Shown one piece after another: positions 28,414-40,229 of a stretch of 62,604 nt of DNA. Position 1 is the first letter of the stretch, and every line of letters starts with the position of its first letter. The notes below the pieces were generated by a model, which saw only the letters and a list, made by a program, of their open reading frames with translations, was not told the origin of the DNA and ran no database searches. Location of the stretch: contig CDROCS010004352.1 in assembly GCA_977020255.1 (NCBI GenBank), positions 1 through 62,604 of the forward strand, written 5' to 3'. Origin of the DNA: Obrimoposthia wandeli (Eukaryota). Both the position numbers and the translations under genes were made by a program.

Positions 28414-28608
28414 TTATTTTTTAGCCGTAGGACCCTCTTCACTTTGAATTTGGAGAATCGTTTTTCTTTCAGCTCTGCGTTTATCTTCCATATCAATCTT
28501 TATTTTTTCTACCAATTGACGTTTCTCCAATTCCACCTTTTTATTCCAGTCCAGGACCCTTCTTCGTTCAGCAATTCTCCCGTATTGAATCTCCCCTTTC
28601 AATTCCAC
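28414..28608 (-). pseudogene. Charged coiled-coil-like ORF end, homologous to 39545-39760 (+)
   Basis: WNKKVELEKRQLVEKIKIDMEDKRRAERK vs EWNKKFELENMELIERRKVKMEEKRRARR. Confidence 0.55.
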
Positions 28609-28955
28609 TTGGACGTGACAGCAGCATACAAATTTTGATTCAAAAACTTAATTTGTAAGTTTTTTTCTTATTACCTTCTGAATATTCTCCTCTATCTTTG
28701 TGAAAAAATGCTTCAATTGAATAAATTCCATTTTTAAAATAATGAAATGATAAATAAAGTTGAACTTATTTATATAAATTTGAAATAATTTTATTTCAAT
28801 TAATATCTTTAAAGAAATTATTTTTTAAAATTAACTTTTAAAAGTAATTTTAAAGTAATTAACTTTAACTAAAATATATATAATTAAAAATAGCAATGTT
28901 TTATTTTAAAATAAATGTAAAAAATCAAAAATAATTAAATGTTACTTCTTAAAAA

Positions 28956-30780
28956 TTATATTTTTATGAAAGCATTGACGAAATCATCATTGGGATCATC
29001 CTCATCAATATTCCTCCTACTTAGAGGGATAGGTTCTGGTGATACTGGCTGCTTCTTCTTTGGACGACCAGTTTTCTTTTTCGATTGCGCAACTACTGAT
29101 GCAGTAATTATTGTTCCATACAATTTTGGAAGGAATTTCCGCAACTTTATGTAGATGGCCCACCCGATGAAGCCTTCTTCTTTTTCTCCTTCTCACACTA
29201 CAGCAGTAGTGCTACTGCACCCTGTTGTAGGTGGAAAACACGATACATGTCCGGTTGCTGTGAAGTCTCCAGTACTGCCAGAAAATTGTCCAATTCAGCA
29301 TTGAGCCAGGCCCTCTTCAAATTCTGGCTTGTGCATGCCACATGGAGAGGAGATGTAGCCTCCCAAGCTCTCGCCAAGTTTGACTGATGCTTGATGACTT
29401 CTGAATGACCGGTGGTGGTGACAGATTAGAGTTGACTAGCAACGTTTCTCTCAGAAGTTGGTGGCATTTTGTAGAATCTCCTGCTTTCCAATCGCCACCT
29501 CGATATACTTGAACTGACTGGTGGTCACCTTCCTCATTATTTTTTGTGTACCACCGCCCGCTGCTTGCACCTTGATGGGATAAGAGTAGCCTTTTCCAGC
29601 AAGTCCTCCAGTAGCTGCCCTGATCTGGTTCCTGCATTAAAAAACATTTATATTTTTTAAATATGAAAAATTTACCTATATTATTGATAGTTTCACCTAT
29701 TTCATATTTTTGCTTTGTATGATTTTTTTTTGTTTTCTTGTGTCTTCTGTACAACTGCTTGTTTCCGGTCAACCGGTAATATATGAACCACCTCTTTCAG
29801 CACGTCGGCTTCCTTTATGAATAATTAATTATATTTTTCTAAATAGTTTACCCAAATATTATCGAAGGACGCCAGATATTGCAGTTTAGTCCTTGGCAAC
29901 TCCTAGCTGGCGATGATCTCCAGTTTCAGCAGTCTCTCCACTAAAGTCACTGATCGTGCCATCCAGTTGAAGTTTCTGTATAAAAATAAAAATAAATTAA
30001 TTAAATAATCCAGCCTTATTCGTTGCCTTTATTCTTCTGCCTCGTCCTTTGGAATACTTCAGGCATTGTATCGTCTGCAGTAGGAGTAGCAGAAAGGATA
30101 AGATCATCCCATTCGTCTGTAAAGAGACGCCATTCATCTTTGTTCAACTCATTGATGATAGATTTGTTTGTGGCTGGAGCACTGCTGCTTACAAAGAGAC
30201 TTGGGATGTCCCACTAGTCGATGAAAGAAATGAGATTCTCGTTCTCATCAAACTCAACCATGATAATATCGCTGATTTGTCGGGCTACAGTGTCGCATAA
30301 GAGAACCAAAGTCATGCCGTCCCATTCGTCGATGAAATGAGTCAGATCCTGCTCCTATATCGGCGGTATGAAACTTGTATCATTCGCTGTCGGTTTTTCG
30401 AAGAGGTCCTCGTCAGAGTCTGGAGCGACGATTGTGTCCCGCTGAGACAACAGTATCAACTTCCACGGCGTTTGATGGTAGCCTTAAATGGTCAAATAGA
30501 TTGGTCGTTCCCCTTGCTGCTTCAGCTGAAGTTGATGGACGAGCTACTGCACTCTGTTAAGGAGTAAAGTATTCAATCGACACCTTACTATTCAGGTCGA
30601 TATATTGGAATCCACTTGGTTCTCTTGGAGTCGGAGTGGCGAGAGTATCGTTCATCAGCCCACCTTGGCTCACCACCTACGAGTCTTGACTAAGTAAGTC
30701 AAGGTACTGCGACGGTGGTGGTGTTCGGTAATGTACTGGAGAGAGATCTTTATACAGATGCACCTACATCTCTTCATCTA
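28956..30780 (-). pseudogene. Spliced accessory gene Y, copy 2: acidic N-terminal part, three short introns, AT-hook-like C-terminus
   Basis: Introns ~29976-30014 (39 nt), ~29813-29851 (39 nt), ~29632-29675 (~44 nt); KKKTGRPKKK near the end; FxDEWD three times. Confidence 0.6.
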
Positions 30781-30994
30781 GGTCAACGTTGTTGTAAAAT
30801 GGCATTTTTGATTTATGACAAATAATGATAAGCAATCTCCTTATATACAGACTTTCATCTTCTTTCACCGTCCAATGAGATCACGTTTTTAAAATAATTA
30901 ATTTAAATATCCATAGTTTTGACTATGTCTATGTTCAATTAATTTATTCAAAAATGGAGTGTGTGTTGAGTTTTAAAAAACACTAACAGAAAAA

Positions 30995-31720
30995 TATATT
31001 CTCCAATCTTTTACTTATTTTGATAAATTAAGTTTATTATTTTGAATTTTTAATAATTATTTCATTGTTTATCCATGACTAATCGACATTTCTCCCCACT
31101 GCTCCGTGAGAATTGCTTGTCTCCCAGCTGTGGATCATCGCGGACCGGGGTGAGTCTTCACTGTGTTTGCAACATAAAATTGAACAAAGAACTTGGCCAC
31201 GAGCAGATTGCTCACCAAATATTTAAGACGTGTTTCATCTATGTTTAAGATTGTACTTTTAAAATACTTTTTAAAATCAAATGAAGTAACAAAATGAAAT
31301 TCAAAGTCGACAATTTTATTACATTGACTTCAAAATTTGAATTTTTAGCTAAATCTGTCTTTCATTGCTATTCACGGAAGATCCTGGATCAAGAAGGGAG
31401 TCTCGACAAAAGAAACTTCATACAATATACTGTTGTTGTCTTTGGTTCTTTCGACAAACATTTTATTAGGGTGTCAAATTTTATCTTCGTATCGTGATAA
31501 TTGTTCATGAACCGGCAGTTCTGAGACTCAGTCTTTGCTGAAAGCTCTTAATTCTTCTACCGCCTGACAGAGTTTGTGTTTGGAACCAGAGTAGCATCAG
31601 CCTGCTGGATACATTGTCCTGGGATGACATCTGTGACATTGTCTTTCTCCTGTCAGAGCCTTTGCCACTCCTTCAGTCCACCCTCCAATGTTGTTTGTTG
31701 TGGCAGATCATTTTCCAAGA
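30995..31720. repeat. Block B', inverted copy of 5100-5840
   Basis: Reverse-complement match. Confidence 0.85.
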
Positions 31721-32599
31721 TCAGGAGCTATTTAATTAGCGCTTCAAGAAGTAGACTCGAAAGATGGGCCCCTTTTTGTGGACTCTGCATCGAAGAGGTT
31801 GCTGGAATAAGTCAAATGTTCCTTTTTATTTAATACTACGGGATCAGTTTCACTAGCTTTAAATTGCTCCAATTCAAACTTGTTTTCGAACTTTTAGGGG
31901 ACGACATCCTGAGATAGAAATTGATAATCCAAGAAAGGTACGGAATAACTCATAAATATTGTTTAAAAAAGTTTAAAAGTTTAATTCTGATGTAACATAC
32001 AAGAACCACATACAAATGTAATCACACAACAAATAAAGATTCTTTTAAATGTGGAATTTATGCTTGAACTTTCCCATGAATTTCAGAGCGTTACTCTCTA
32101 CACATTCTCAACCCAGTGGCATTTTACTGTTACACGCCTTTTAAAATTAACGAGCACGAAAAATCACAGAAATGAAAACAGCAATCAAAGTTAAACGCAT
32201 TCTCTCATTTATGGTGTGTTATTTTCTTATCGGTATCTAAAATTTTTTTGGAATTTTTGGAGAGTTTAATTTCAATATATGGGCAAAACTAATGGCTTCA
32301 TTTGGAGATTCTTGAAAATGATTTGGCCTTCAGTTCGGAATGGATCGATATTTCTGGGAAATAATGCTGAATTCTTTAATAAATTCGTAATAGTCCTTGA
32401 ACTGTGACACTACGCAAATTATTCCTATTGTCAGGTGAAATGTAAAAAGTGCAGTTGTTTAATTTGAAAAGTAAATATGCGTGTCAAGCCGAAAGTATAT
32501 TCAAATTTATTGTAAAATGAGTAAATATGAAGTACATATTCCACAGTATATACTGCTGCTCCCTCTTTGAAAACCCAGCTCTAGGTCCACCTGTGTCAT

Positions 32600-33695
32600 T
32601 TATGATCTCTCGCTAACCATTCATATTTATTTGTAACACTTGCAAAATAGAATAAAATGTGACCTGGGAATTGTGGGAGGATTTGTTGAGGTTATCTGTT
32701 GCATAACAGGGGAGATGACAGCCGGCTCAGTTGGCATTGTTACCCAATCCCTCAATTTGGGCATTCATAGACAACCAGTCTCCATAGATCCTTCTTCCCA
32801 GAAGCAGGAGCTGCCAGTTGTTGGTCCGGGAGTTGCAACACCCCAACTACCGCTACCTGGGACTGGGGATCAATGTCTACACAGCAAACTTCCTCTGTGT
32901 GCCCTACAAGACAGATGAAAAGTCGTGGCCGTACACAACCCTTTGTCTTTCTGGCAATGGTGGCAGCTGGTGCTCGGGGTCTGACACATGGTCATATTGT
33001 GTTCCAGAACCGTGCAGACAACTGCGACCCGGTGAGTGGCCGATTTTCCAACCGAGAGATACTGAACACCGCAACATCCTCCATGAGGCAGCGGACTGGA
33101 AAGGCAATTTCCGAGACTCTGTGTGCAAATAAATAACAGCCACACATCAACTTTCACGTGCAATTACCGGGAAATGGGTTTGAATTTGCACCAATGCAAA
33201 ATAGCGGCACAGTGCAGAAATTTAATTTTGCTTCTAAAAATGCCCTAAACAAAAACTAAATTGGATAATTATTCTGATTGGTATTTAATAGAAAGATAAA
33301 TTGTTGGGCATTATTTGCGTATTTAGATTTATGCATTGCGAATCCAGTGAAAGTGTAAATCATTAAATACGGCAGAAAATTTGGAAAATGTAATCAAACT
33401 TCTGTAAACAATTTTATTGGCCAAAAGATGTTGTAAGGTCACATTTTTGTACAAGATTTCATATTTTGTTTGCAGTCTTGATCGATTTGGAAGATGAATT
33501 TTGTTGCGATTAATTATAAACAGTTGAAGCTTGTTTGTGATCTGAATCTGCTGGCCACAAATGACCCAGGGGCATTTGTATCAAATCGTGCAACTTCAAT
33601 GAAGGAACCATTGCCTCGTACCAAGAGCAGTTAGACTGGAATGAAATACTTCTCGCATGCTTTGACTGCCCAGATTTGTCGGAAATGAACATTTT
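32600..33695. repeat. Block A', inverted copy of 90-1200
   Basis: Reverse-complement match; both copies read GLTHGHIV(F/L)QNRADNCDPV on the sense strand of A'. Confidence 0.85.
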
Positions 33696-34903
33696 TTATT
33701 CAAAAGTTTATTAACAAACAATTAAAATAATACAACGTAATAATAAATCCATAACAATTGATTTAAAATAATTAGAAATTTACATAATTTATATTTCAAC
33801 ACACACACACACACAATCGATGCATTTTAGTTTTCATTTCATTTCTCACAGCAGCCAACGCCAACCATTTCCCCACCATCGCCATCCAAAGTTACCTCTT
33901 TAGTTATTTATTCTATTTTTTAGCTAAATTTAGTTTGAGTCACGATCACCTTTCTTTCTCCAAAACCGCAGGCCAGAACAGACGATGTAAAGGATATTTG
34001 AATTTCAGCTCTTCTCACATGCAGATTTCTCGTCAAAACAATTAATTCCAGTTTTATAAATATTTCATTATTTAATCAGGAAATTCAAAATTAATTTTTA
34101 GTTCTAACGCCTTAAATCAATACTTGAAATTCAAATTCTTTGCTAGTAGTATAAATTGAGGACTCAGTGGAATGTTAGCACAACAAAGAACGGGGTTGTC
34201 ACATGAGGACTTATGATTCATGCTCCACAAAGTCGTCACTTTTTCACAGGCATAATTGATTTTGATTTTTAGAATTTTGCCATGATTTCAAAAAAAAAAA
34301 TTTACAATGAATTCAAATTTAAATTCAAAAATCCAATATGTCACGAATTTTAAAAAAATTTAAATTAAATTAGTTTTATTGAAGTGAAAAAATTCTACTT
34401 AACCCAAAATAATATGCATATTTCAAATATTTTAAACACATTTGGATATCAGTTCATTAAAACAAAATATTTTTTCATTAAATACATTTAAAAAAATTCA
34501 ATATAGACCAAATATTATACTGATTACAATCAAGTTAACTTAATTCATCAATAAAATCAATTTACAATTTTTATAACATTTATTCAAATATATTTGCTAA
34601 TTATTTTTTAATGTATTATACCGATTAAAACTTTCTTAACTGAAATTTTGTTTTGAATTCTAAGTTAAAATCAAAAATATATTAATTCAATTCATTCATT
34701 TCAATCTTTTTATTAAAATAATTCATTTCAATATCAAACAATATCAAACAATCAATTTATTTTAGTCCATTTAAGTTTTTTTTTATTTTTAACTACAGAT
34801 TTGATTAATTTTTTCACTTCTTTTTTCTTAATGATTCTTTTTTTTTGATTTCTTAGAATTTACTTTACGTTTTACTATCAATTTTGTAAAAGGCATTGCG
34901 AAT

Positions 34904-35551
34904 TTATTTTTTATAATTGTTCTCTATTTGTTTATAAACAGTTACTCCCTTAAAATTAAATATGTATGTTAAAACACGTAAATCATCTGGGCAAGCTTGT
35001 GTAAAGTCAATAAATATATACCCATGTGCTTGTTTAGCAGCATCGTGGAATGAATCAACTAGAAAGTTATTATTTTGAGGAAATGCCTGTCTGGCTACAA
35101 AATCAACAACTGTTTGATCTCTAGGATTTTTAAATAAAACTAAGTAATGTACATTAAGATTTCTTGTTCTATGGTGACCTCCTTGGTGAAACAGATTTTG
35201 AGTGATAAATATAACTGTAACTTCACGATGTCTTGCAATCTTTGTAAATAAATTATTAAAGTCCGATTCCTTGTTAGCCTCATCATACAAATCATCAATT
35301 ATTATTACATCTTCTTTTTTCAATCTTTCACACTAATTTGCATCAAATCCTTCAATAAATTTTATACCCTTCAACTTGCAAACTTCTGTTTTGGTTAACC
35401 CGCTTTCCCCTCGTCCACCATGATGCCAATAAATATTTTTGAAACTAGATTTGAAAAGAGATTCATTTTGCAACAATTTACATACGAAATGTGTCTTTTC
35501 ACTTCCACTTGGGCCAACTATTTGAAATACAGCATTATTATTTAGCTCCAT
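34904..35551 (-). pseudogene. Polinton A32/FtsK-like packaging ATPase; one in-frame stop (W to *) and Walker A G-to-E change
   Basis: GPSGSEKT; IIIDD (Walker B); ARHREVTVIFITQNLF...RNLNVHYLVLFKNPRD...GYIFIDF; the two track ORFs are in the same frame across a single TAG. Confidence 0.93.
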
Positions 35552-35588
35552 TGCATATACTCTTTCATTTTTAATATTGTTTATATTA

Positions 35589-35861
35589 TCATAGAAGTTT
35601 CCTTATTGAAATGTACAATGTTAGAGCTATTGTAGATGAAATACAAAAATTAATTAATGAATATTTGGCTATAATTTTATTTATTTGTGTACGATTTCTA
35701 AATTCTCGAATAACGTGTGATCTAACCAATATTTCAATGTTATCTCTTGTTATATCATTATTTTTTAATTCTGATAAAATTTCTTTACCCCTAATTTTTC
35801 CAGAAAATATTTCATCGGCAAGCCGATCCACTTCATTGTTTCTATTTATAGTATTATTCAT
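35589..35861 (-). CDS. Uninterrupted ~90-aa ORF between the TBP-like gene and the ATPase
   Basis: ATG at 35861 overlaps the last codons of the TBP-like ORF; stop is 38 bp before the ATPase ATG. Confidence 0.5.
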   Translation of the reverse strand: MNNTINRNNEVDRLADEIFSGKIRGKEILSELKNNDITRDNIEILVRSHVIREFRNRTQINKIIAKYSLINFCISSTIALTLYISIRKLL

Positions 35862-36480
35862 TTGAAACAATAAGTTTAAACGGGGTTTGTTTATAGAAAA
35901 TAGATAACAAGATGTAATAAGATATATTTTCTAAAATCAAATCAACTATGTCTGGATAATCAAAATTTGTCAATCCCAATATCATAACTTTACCACTGGA
36001 AAATATATTTACACATAGCGGTTTAAACTTCAAATAGCTGAGAGCAGGAAAAATTTCTGGTTCAAACATGCATTCTTCTTTCATTTTCTCTGCAGTTTTA
36101 AAAAGATTTATCTGTTTTCCGAGATTAGCCGAAATCGTGATTGATTGTATTGCTGGGATTTGAATTCCAAATGGCAAATTGAACCCAAGCATTGGTATTT
36201 TGCATCCCATAACACGACAATTTCCATGCAGCCATCAGTGGGAGTTTAGGGTGTATGGCCATGCAGTCATCAGTGGGAGTTTAGGGTGTATGGCCATGCA
36301 GCCATCAGTGGGAGTTTAGGGTGTATGGCCATGCAGTCATCAGTGGGAGTTTAGGGTGTATGGCCATGCAGCCATCAGTGGGAGTTTAGGGTGTATGGCC
36401 ATGCAGCCATCAGTGGGAGTTTAGGGTGTATGGCCATGCAGCCATACAATAATACAAATGGTCGGTACTTCTAGAACAAC
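35854..36480 (-). CDS. TATA-binding-protein-like gene; second repeat intact, first repeat interrupted by a minisatellite
   Basis: IQSITISANLGKQINL...FEPEIFPALSYLKFKPLCVNIFSSGKVMILG matches TBP repeat 2 (IQN...YEPELFPGLIY...IFVSGKVVLTG); PTICIIVWLHGNCRVMGCK aligns without gaps to PKTTALIFASGKMVCTGAK once the array is removed. Confidence 0.85.
36224..36445. repeat. 35-bp minisatellite, 6 copies
   Basis: g(c/t)catcagtgggagtttagggtgtatggccatgca starts at 36231, 36266, 36301, 36336, 36371 and 36406. Confidence 0.97.
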
Positions 36481-37304
36481 AAAGATTTTTTATATTGTAA
36501 ATTAAAGCGGTTTTTTATATTTCATTACCTTTTTTCTTAGTTATTGGTCTAAAGTAAAATTTACAAATAGATGTATCATTGTTGACTGGCTGCATTGTCT
36601 GGCTTGGGTCAGTGGAGCTCCTCTGCCATGACAATGCGGCAGCAGTCAGGCACGGCCAACACCCCTCCAGAAGTCGACACGGATGTTTACAACACTCCGT
36701 CACAATTGAAATGCACACAAAATTTGCATTATCTCAGTGTAAAACAATCTCATATTTATATCTCCACACTGTTCTGGATAGAGTTGATTGTCGTCCTTCG
36801 TAGACTTATTTATGTGTATCACTGAAATTCCTGCACATGCTGTAGCTGTGGAATCCATCAGTCAAGAGTGAGGGCAGGTCAAATAATCACAGCCACCTGG
36901 TTGACCTTGAAACATAGAATGATATTTTATTAAATTAAAGTAACATAACAAATTATTTATTGTAGCGTCAATTTCTTAATAATTGTAAAACATTTTTATT
37001 CAATATTGATGATGAGCTGTGAAACTTGTCAGAGGTTTGAAATAGATACAACATCATATGCGGATGTACAATTACATCTGAAAGAGCTCCGAAACTGTGA
37101 CAATCGGCTGATGACCAGACAAATTCCGTAATGGATCATTTCAAGCTCAAAGATCGAAGATGCAGACAAGAATCAAGGCTGATAAATTCACCCTCTTGAA
37201 GAGATCATTTTATGTTAGTTAGAGAGGAAGGCCTAATTGAATCATCCTATCAAATGGCTCAGCCCATGCAACTTCTTGAAACATGTGTAGCCGAGAAATC
37301 AGGG

Positions 37305-37360
37305 GGATGTGTCCGGTCTAATCCACCAACCCCCTACCCTGGGGATAACACTGTCCTCGA
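37305..37360 (+). mobile_element. Truncated Polinton TIR fragment
   Basis: ggatgtgtccggtctaatccacc...cctggggataacactgtcc. Confidence 0.65.
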
Positions 37361-37932
37361 TACGAATCCAGAAGTTCCGAGTAGAAAGGAAATAATTACA
37401 GGTATTTTAAGGCAAGTAAAGTAAAATGTATCAAGTTATAGCCAGATTGTTGGGAAATCAACCGACTAGTATCAAACTAATCAAAGCGATGACATACTTA
37501 AGTATTCAATTAACAGAATGAACAAGTCAACCGAATGAAGTCTAACAAGGGAAAAGCGAAGCAATGTTTCTAATTTAGAAAGCACTGTAACAACGTATTG
37601 ATGAGAATGGTGCATAGATAAAACTGAGATATTATGGTGAAATATTTATGGAAGTGACAGAAGACGATGACGAACAAATTCATGAGAATCGTCAAAGAGA
37701 AAATAAACAATACCGTCCGAAAGAAAGAAAAATCAACCAAATATGTCCACAACAATGATGATGATGTTAGTCATGTTCATGGGAATACAACATTTATCAG
37801 CACTAGTAGCAGACAATTGTCAAAATGTGTTTTTATGCACAAATTTTAAAAAATTGTAAAAATCGTTAAATTTTGATCGTATTTGATCGATTTTGGTAAA
37901 ATTTTGAGGTCATGACCTTATGAGGACACGGC

Positions 37933-38234
37933 AGTACGTGGAAATGTACGTTCTAATCCACCCTTTTAAATACCACTGTCTTTTAAAACCGTGCATGTGT
38001 GTAGAGTGAAATTACTGAAAAAAGCAAGAAAAGGGAGGCGCAAATTGGGGTCGTCCGGAGGAGCGTGTTAGGGCGGCCGCACCACCCCCATACCCAAAAA
38101 AGGGGCGAAATTTATTTGGGTGGGGTACCCTTCCCCCTTTTGTTGTTTCTTTCAGAAATTTCACTCCACACACATGCAAGGTTTTAAAAGACAGTCCTAG
38201 GGGGAGGGGGTGGATCCAGACATATCCACCTACT
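37933..38234. mobile_element. 302-bp non-autonomous mini-Polinton (MITE-like) with 6-bp TSD CACGGC
   Basis: CACGGC at 37927-37932 and 38235-38240; termini AGTA...TACT; internal inverted arms ctgtcttttaaaaccgtgcatgtgtgtagagtgaaatt / aatttcactccacacacatgcaaggttttaaaagacag. Confidence 0.88.
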
Positions 38235-39544
38235 CACGGCCTTTTAAGGTCATGGCTTTTTAAGGACACTTCTATTTTTTTTCTATTTATCTTTCTATCT
38301 AAAAGTGGTATTGACATGTGGTCTTCACCAATGAATACCTAAGAGTTCCGACCATGGTTGTCCTTCATGAGATTTTGAGGGTTGGTTCAAGGGTAAACAT
38401 TTTCAAAAATTTTATTTTTTCCAAAAAGTCAAAAATATATTTTTGTAAAATAAATTGTTTTAATTTGCAACAATTTTCAAAATCTTAAAAAACTTTATAA
38501 CTTTAAAACTTTCAAATATTTCAATTTTGTATTACTTTTAATTAGAAGTAACAAGTATTTTATCAAAATTTAATTTTAATGTTTTATAATATTATCCAAA
38601 GGAAACGAAGACTCCTTTCATCATAAACACTTTTTGTTCAAATAAATCCATTTACAATATATTATTTGAACAAATGTGATCTAAAGAAATGATAATGCAT
38701 TACATAATTTTAATCATGTCAATGTATCTAGGTTATTATGTGTATTTTATTAAAATAGGAATTTTATAACATTATCCAATGTTTTTTAAAATATAATTTG
38801 TTTTAACGCATCAATGAAATCAATTAGGCCGAAAAGAGTATATAAGAGAATTTTTAAAGTTTCAATTCATTATTTATAAAATGGAATACAAGATAGAAAT
38901 TTTTTGAAGGAGCTCCTGAACGGCGCAAAGCACTATCTAGCAGAAAAGTGCTATCTCGCATAAAGGTTGATGTTCCAGGAGTCTCTTGAAGTAGAAGAGA
39001 TCCCGGGTTTCATTGATTGGTCTCCAAATGGTCAACCACTCATACTGCCACATAAAGACTGGTAGTGAGTCCTTTGCATGCATGCACAAACAAGTCCTCA
39101 TTAGGCTACATAAGAAAGGAATGGGAGGGACTCTAAGTTTTCACTAGAGTTTTTTAGGGTCTTAAAATGTTGTATAGAAATTTTTTTTAGAACTTCAGCT
39201 ACTTACTACTAAAAGTATCTAACTATCTACTGATGAAAAAATTCATTTCTAATTTCATTTAAATACGCATCAAAATATGTACATATGTATATAATTTACT
39301 AAACTTTATCAAATACATTTTATTTACCATTGTAAACAAAAATGTGTTTTAAGGCATCAATAAAATCAATTAGACAGATAAGACTATAAAAGAGAATTTT
39401 TAAAGTTTCATTTCATTTTAAAAAAAATGGAATTTCCAGAAATGAAGAAAATTTTGGTACGGATAGAGAAGAAATATAAAATAATTTAAGGAAAGGAAAT
39501 CTGCACAAGCAAGTTTTAAATCGTAATTTGTATGAAACCGTCAG

Positions 39545-39760
39545 AACATAGTGGAATGAGAAGCTGAAACAAGAAGTATCCAGGAGTGGAACAAGAAGTT
39601 TGAATTAGAAAACATGGAATTGATTGAAAGAAGGAAGGTGAAGATGGAAGAAAAACGCAGAGCTAGAAGAATGGAACTGATGATATAGGGTATGCAACAT
39701 GAGGTGCAGAAAAGGACCCTACACTATCAAAATGAAAAAGAGCCTTCTACTAAACAATAA
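39545..39760 (+). pseudogene. Homolog of the 28414-28608 ORF end
   Basis: EWNKKFELENMELIERRKVKMEEKRRARR...EKEPSTKQ*. Confidence 0.5.
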
Positions 39761-40229
39761 ATATTTGTTTTTAAAATTGCTGTCTTTTGTCTTTTAAACT
39801 ATGTAATGAATCTTTAAATATTACTAGATGAATTAGTAAATTTTATATTATTATTTTTCGTAAGGATTGGATGTTTTCTTATTAATATTTAAATTTATTA
39901 GACTAAGTATCAACATGACATAATTACCATCTGCCATGTGTAAGTGTAATTATATATCAATTTTCTTACATCACTAATGCATGCATGTGTAGAATACTCT
40001 TAGTAACAGATTGTGATTACATCGCTAGTGTATTCGTTCGTGTTTGTAGCTTAAGTGTTATGTTATTACCAACAGCAGTCGCATGTGTGCATGGTACATG
40101 TTTTTCTTACACGACAGCTGTTATTATGATGAAATTATTAATATTATTATAGGAATAATAAATTCTTTCAAAGTTTTTAAAAATTAAATTCAAAATACAA
40201 ATAGATTTTGCACAACGACCAGTATTACA

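Noticed and set aside
29280-29350. Ankyrin repeat (SPLHVAC)
   Set aside because: Isolated heptapeptide with no rest of the ankyrin consensus; frame uncertain.
33405-33440. Gypsy integrase zinc-binding region (KQFYWPK)
   Set aside because: No HHCC residues at the right spacing.
36224-36445. CRISPR-like array (also considered for the 46-, 53- and 65-bp repeats)
   Set aside because: Units are contiguous with no unique spacers, and the context is eukaryotic with no cas genes.
13559-38234. One 24.7-kb Polinton bounded by the 13559 and 38234 termini
   Set aside because: The flanks (ATAGTG vs CACGGC) are not a TSD, and 38234 already pairs with 37933 through CACGGC.
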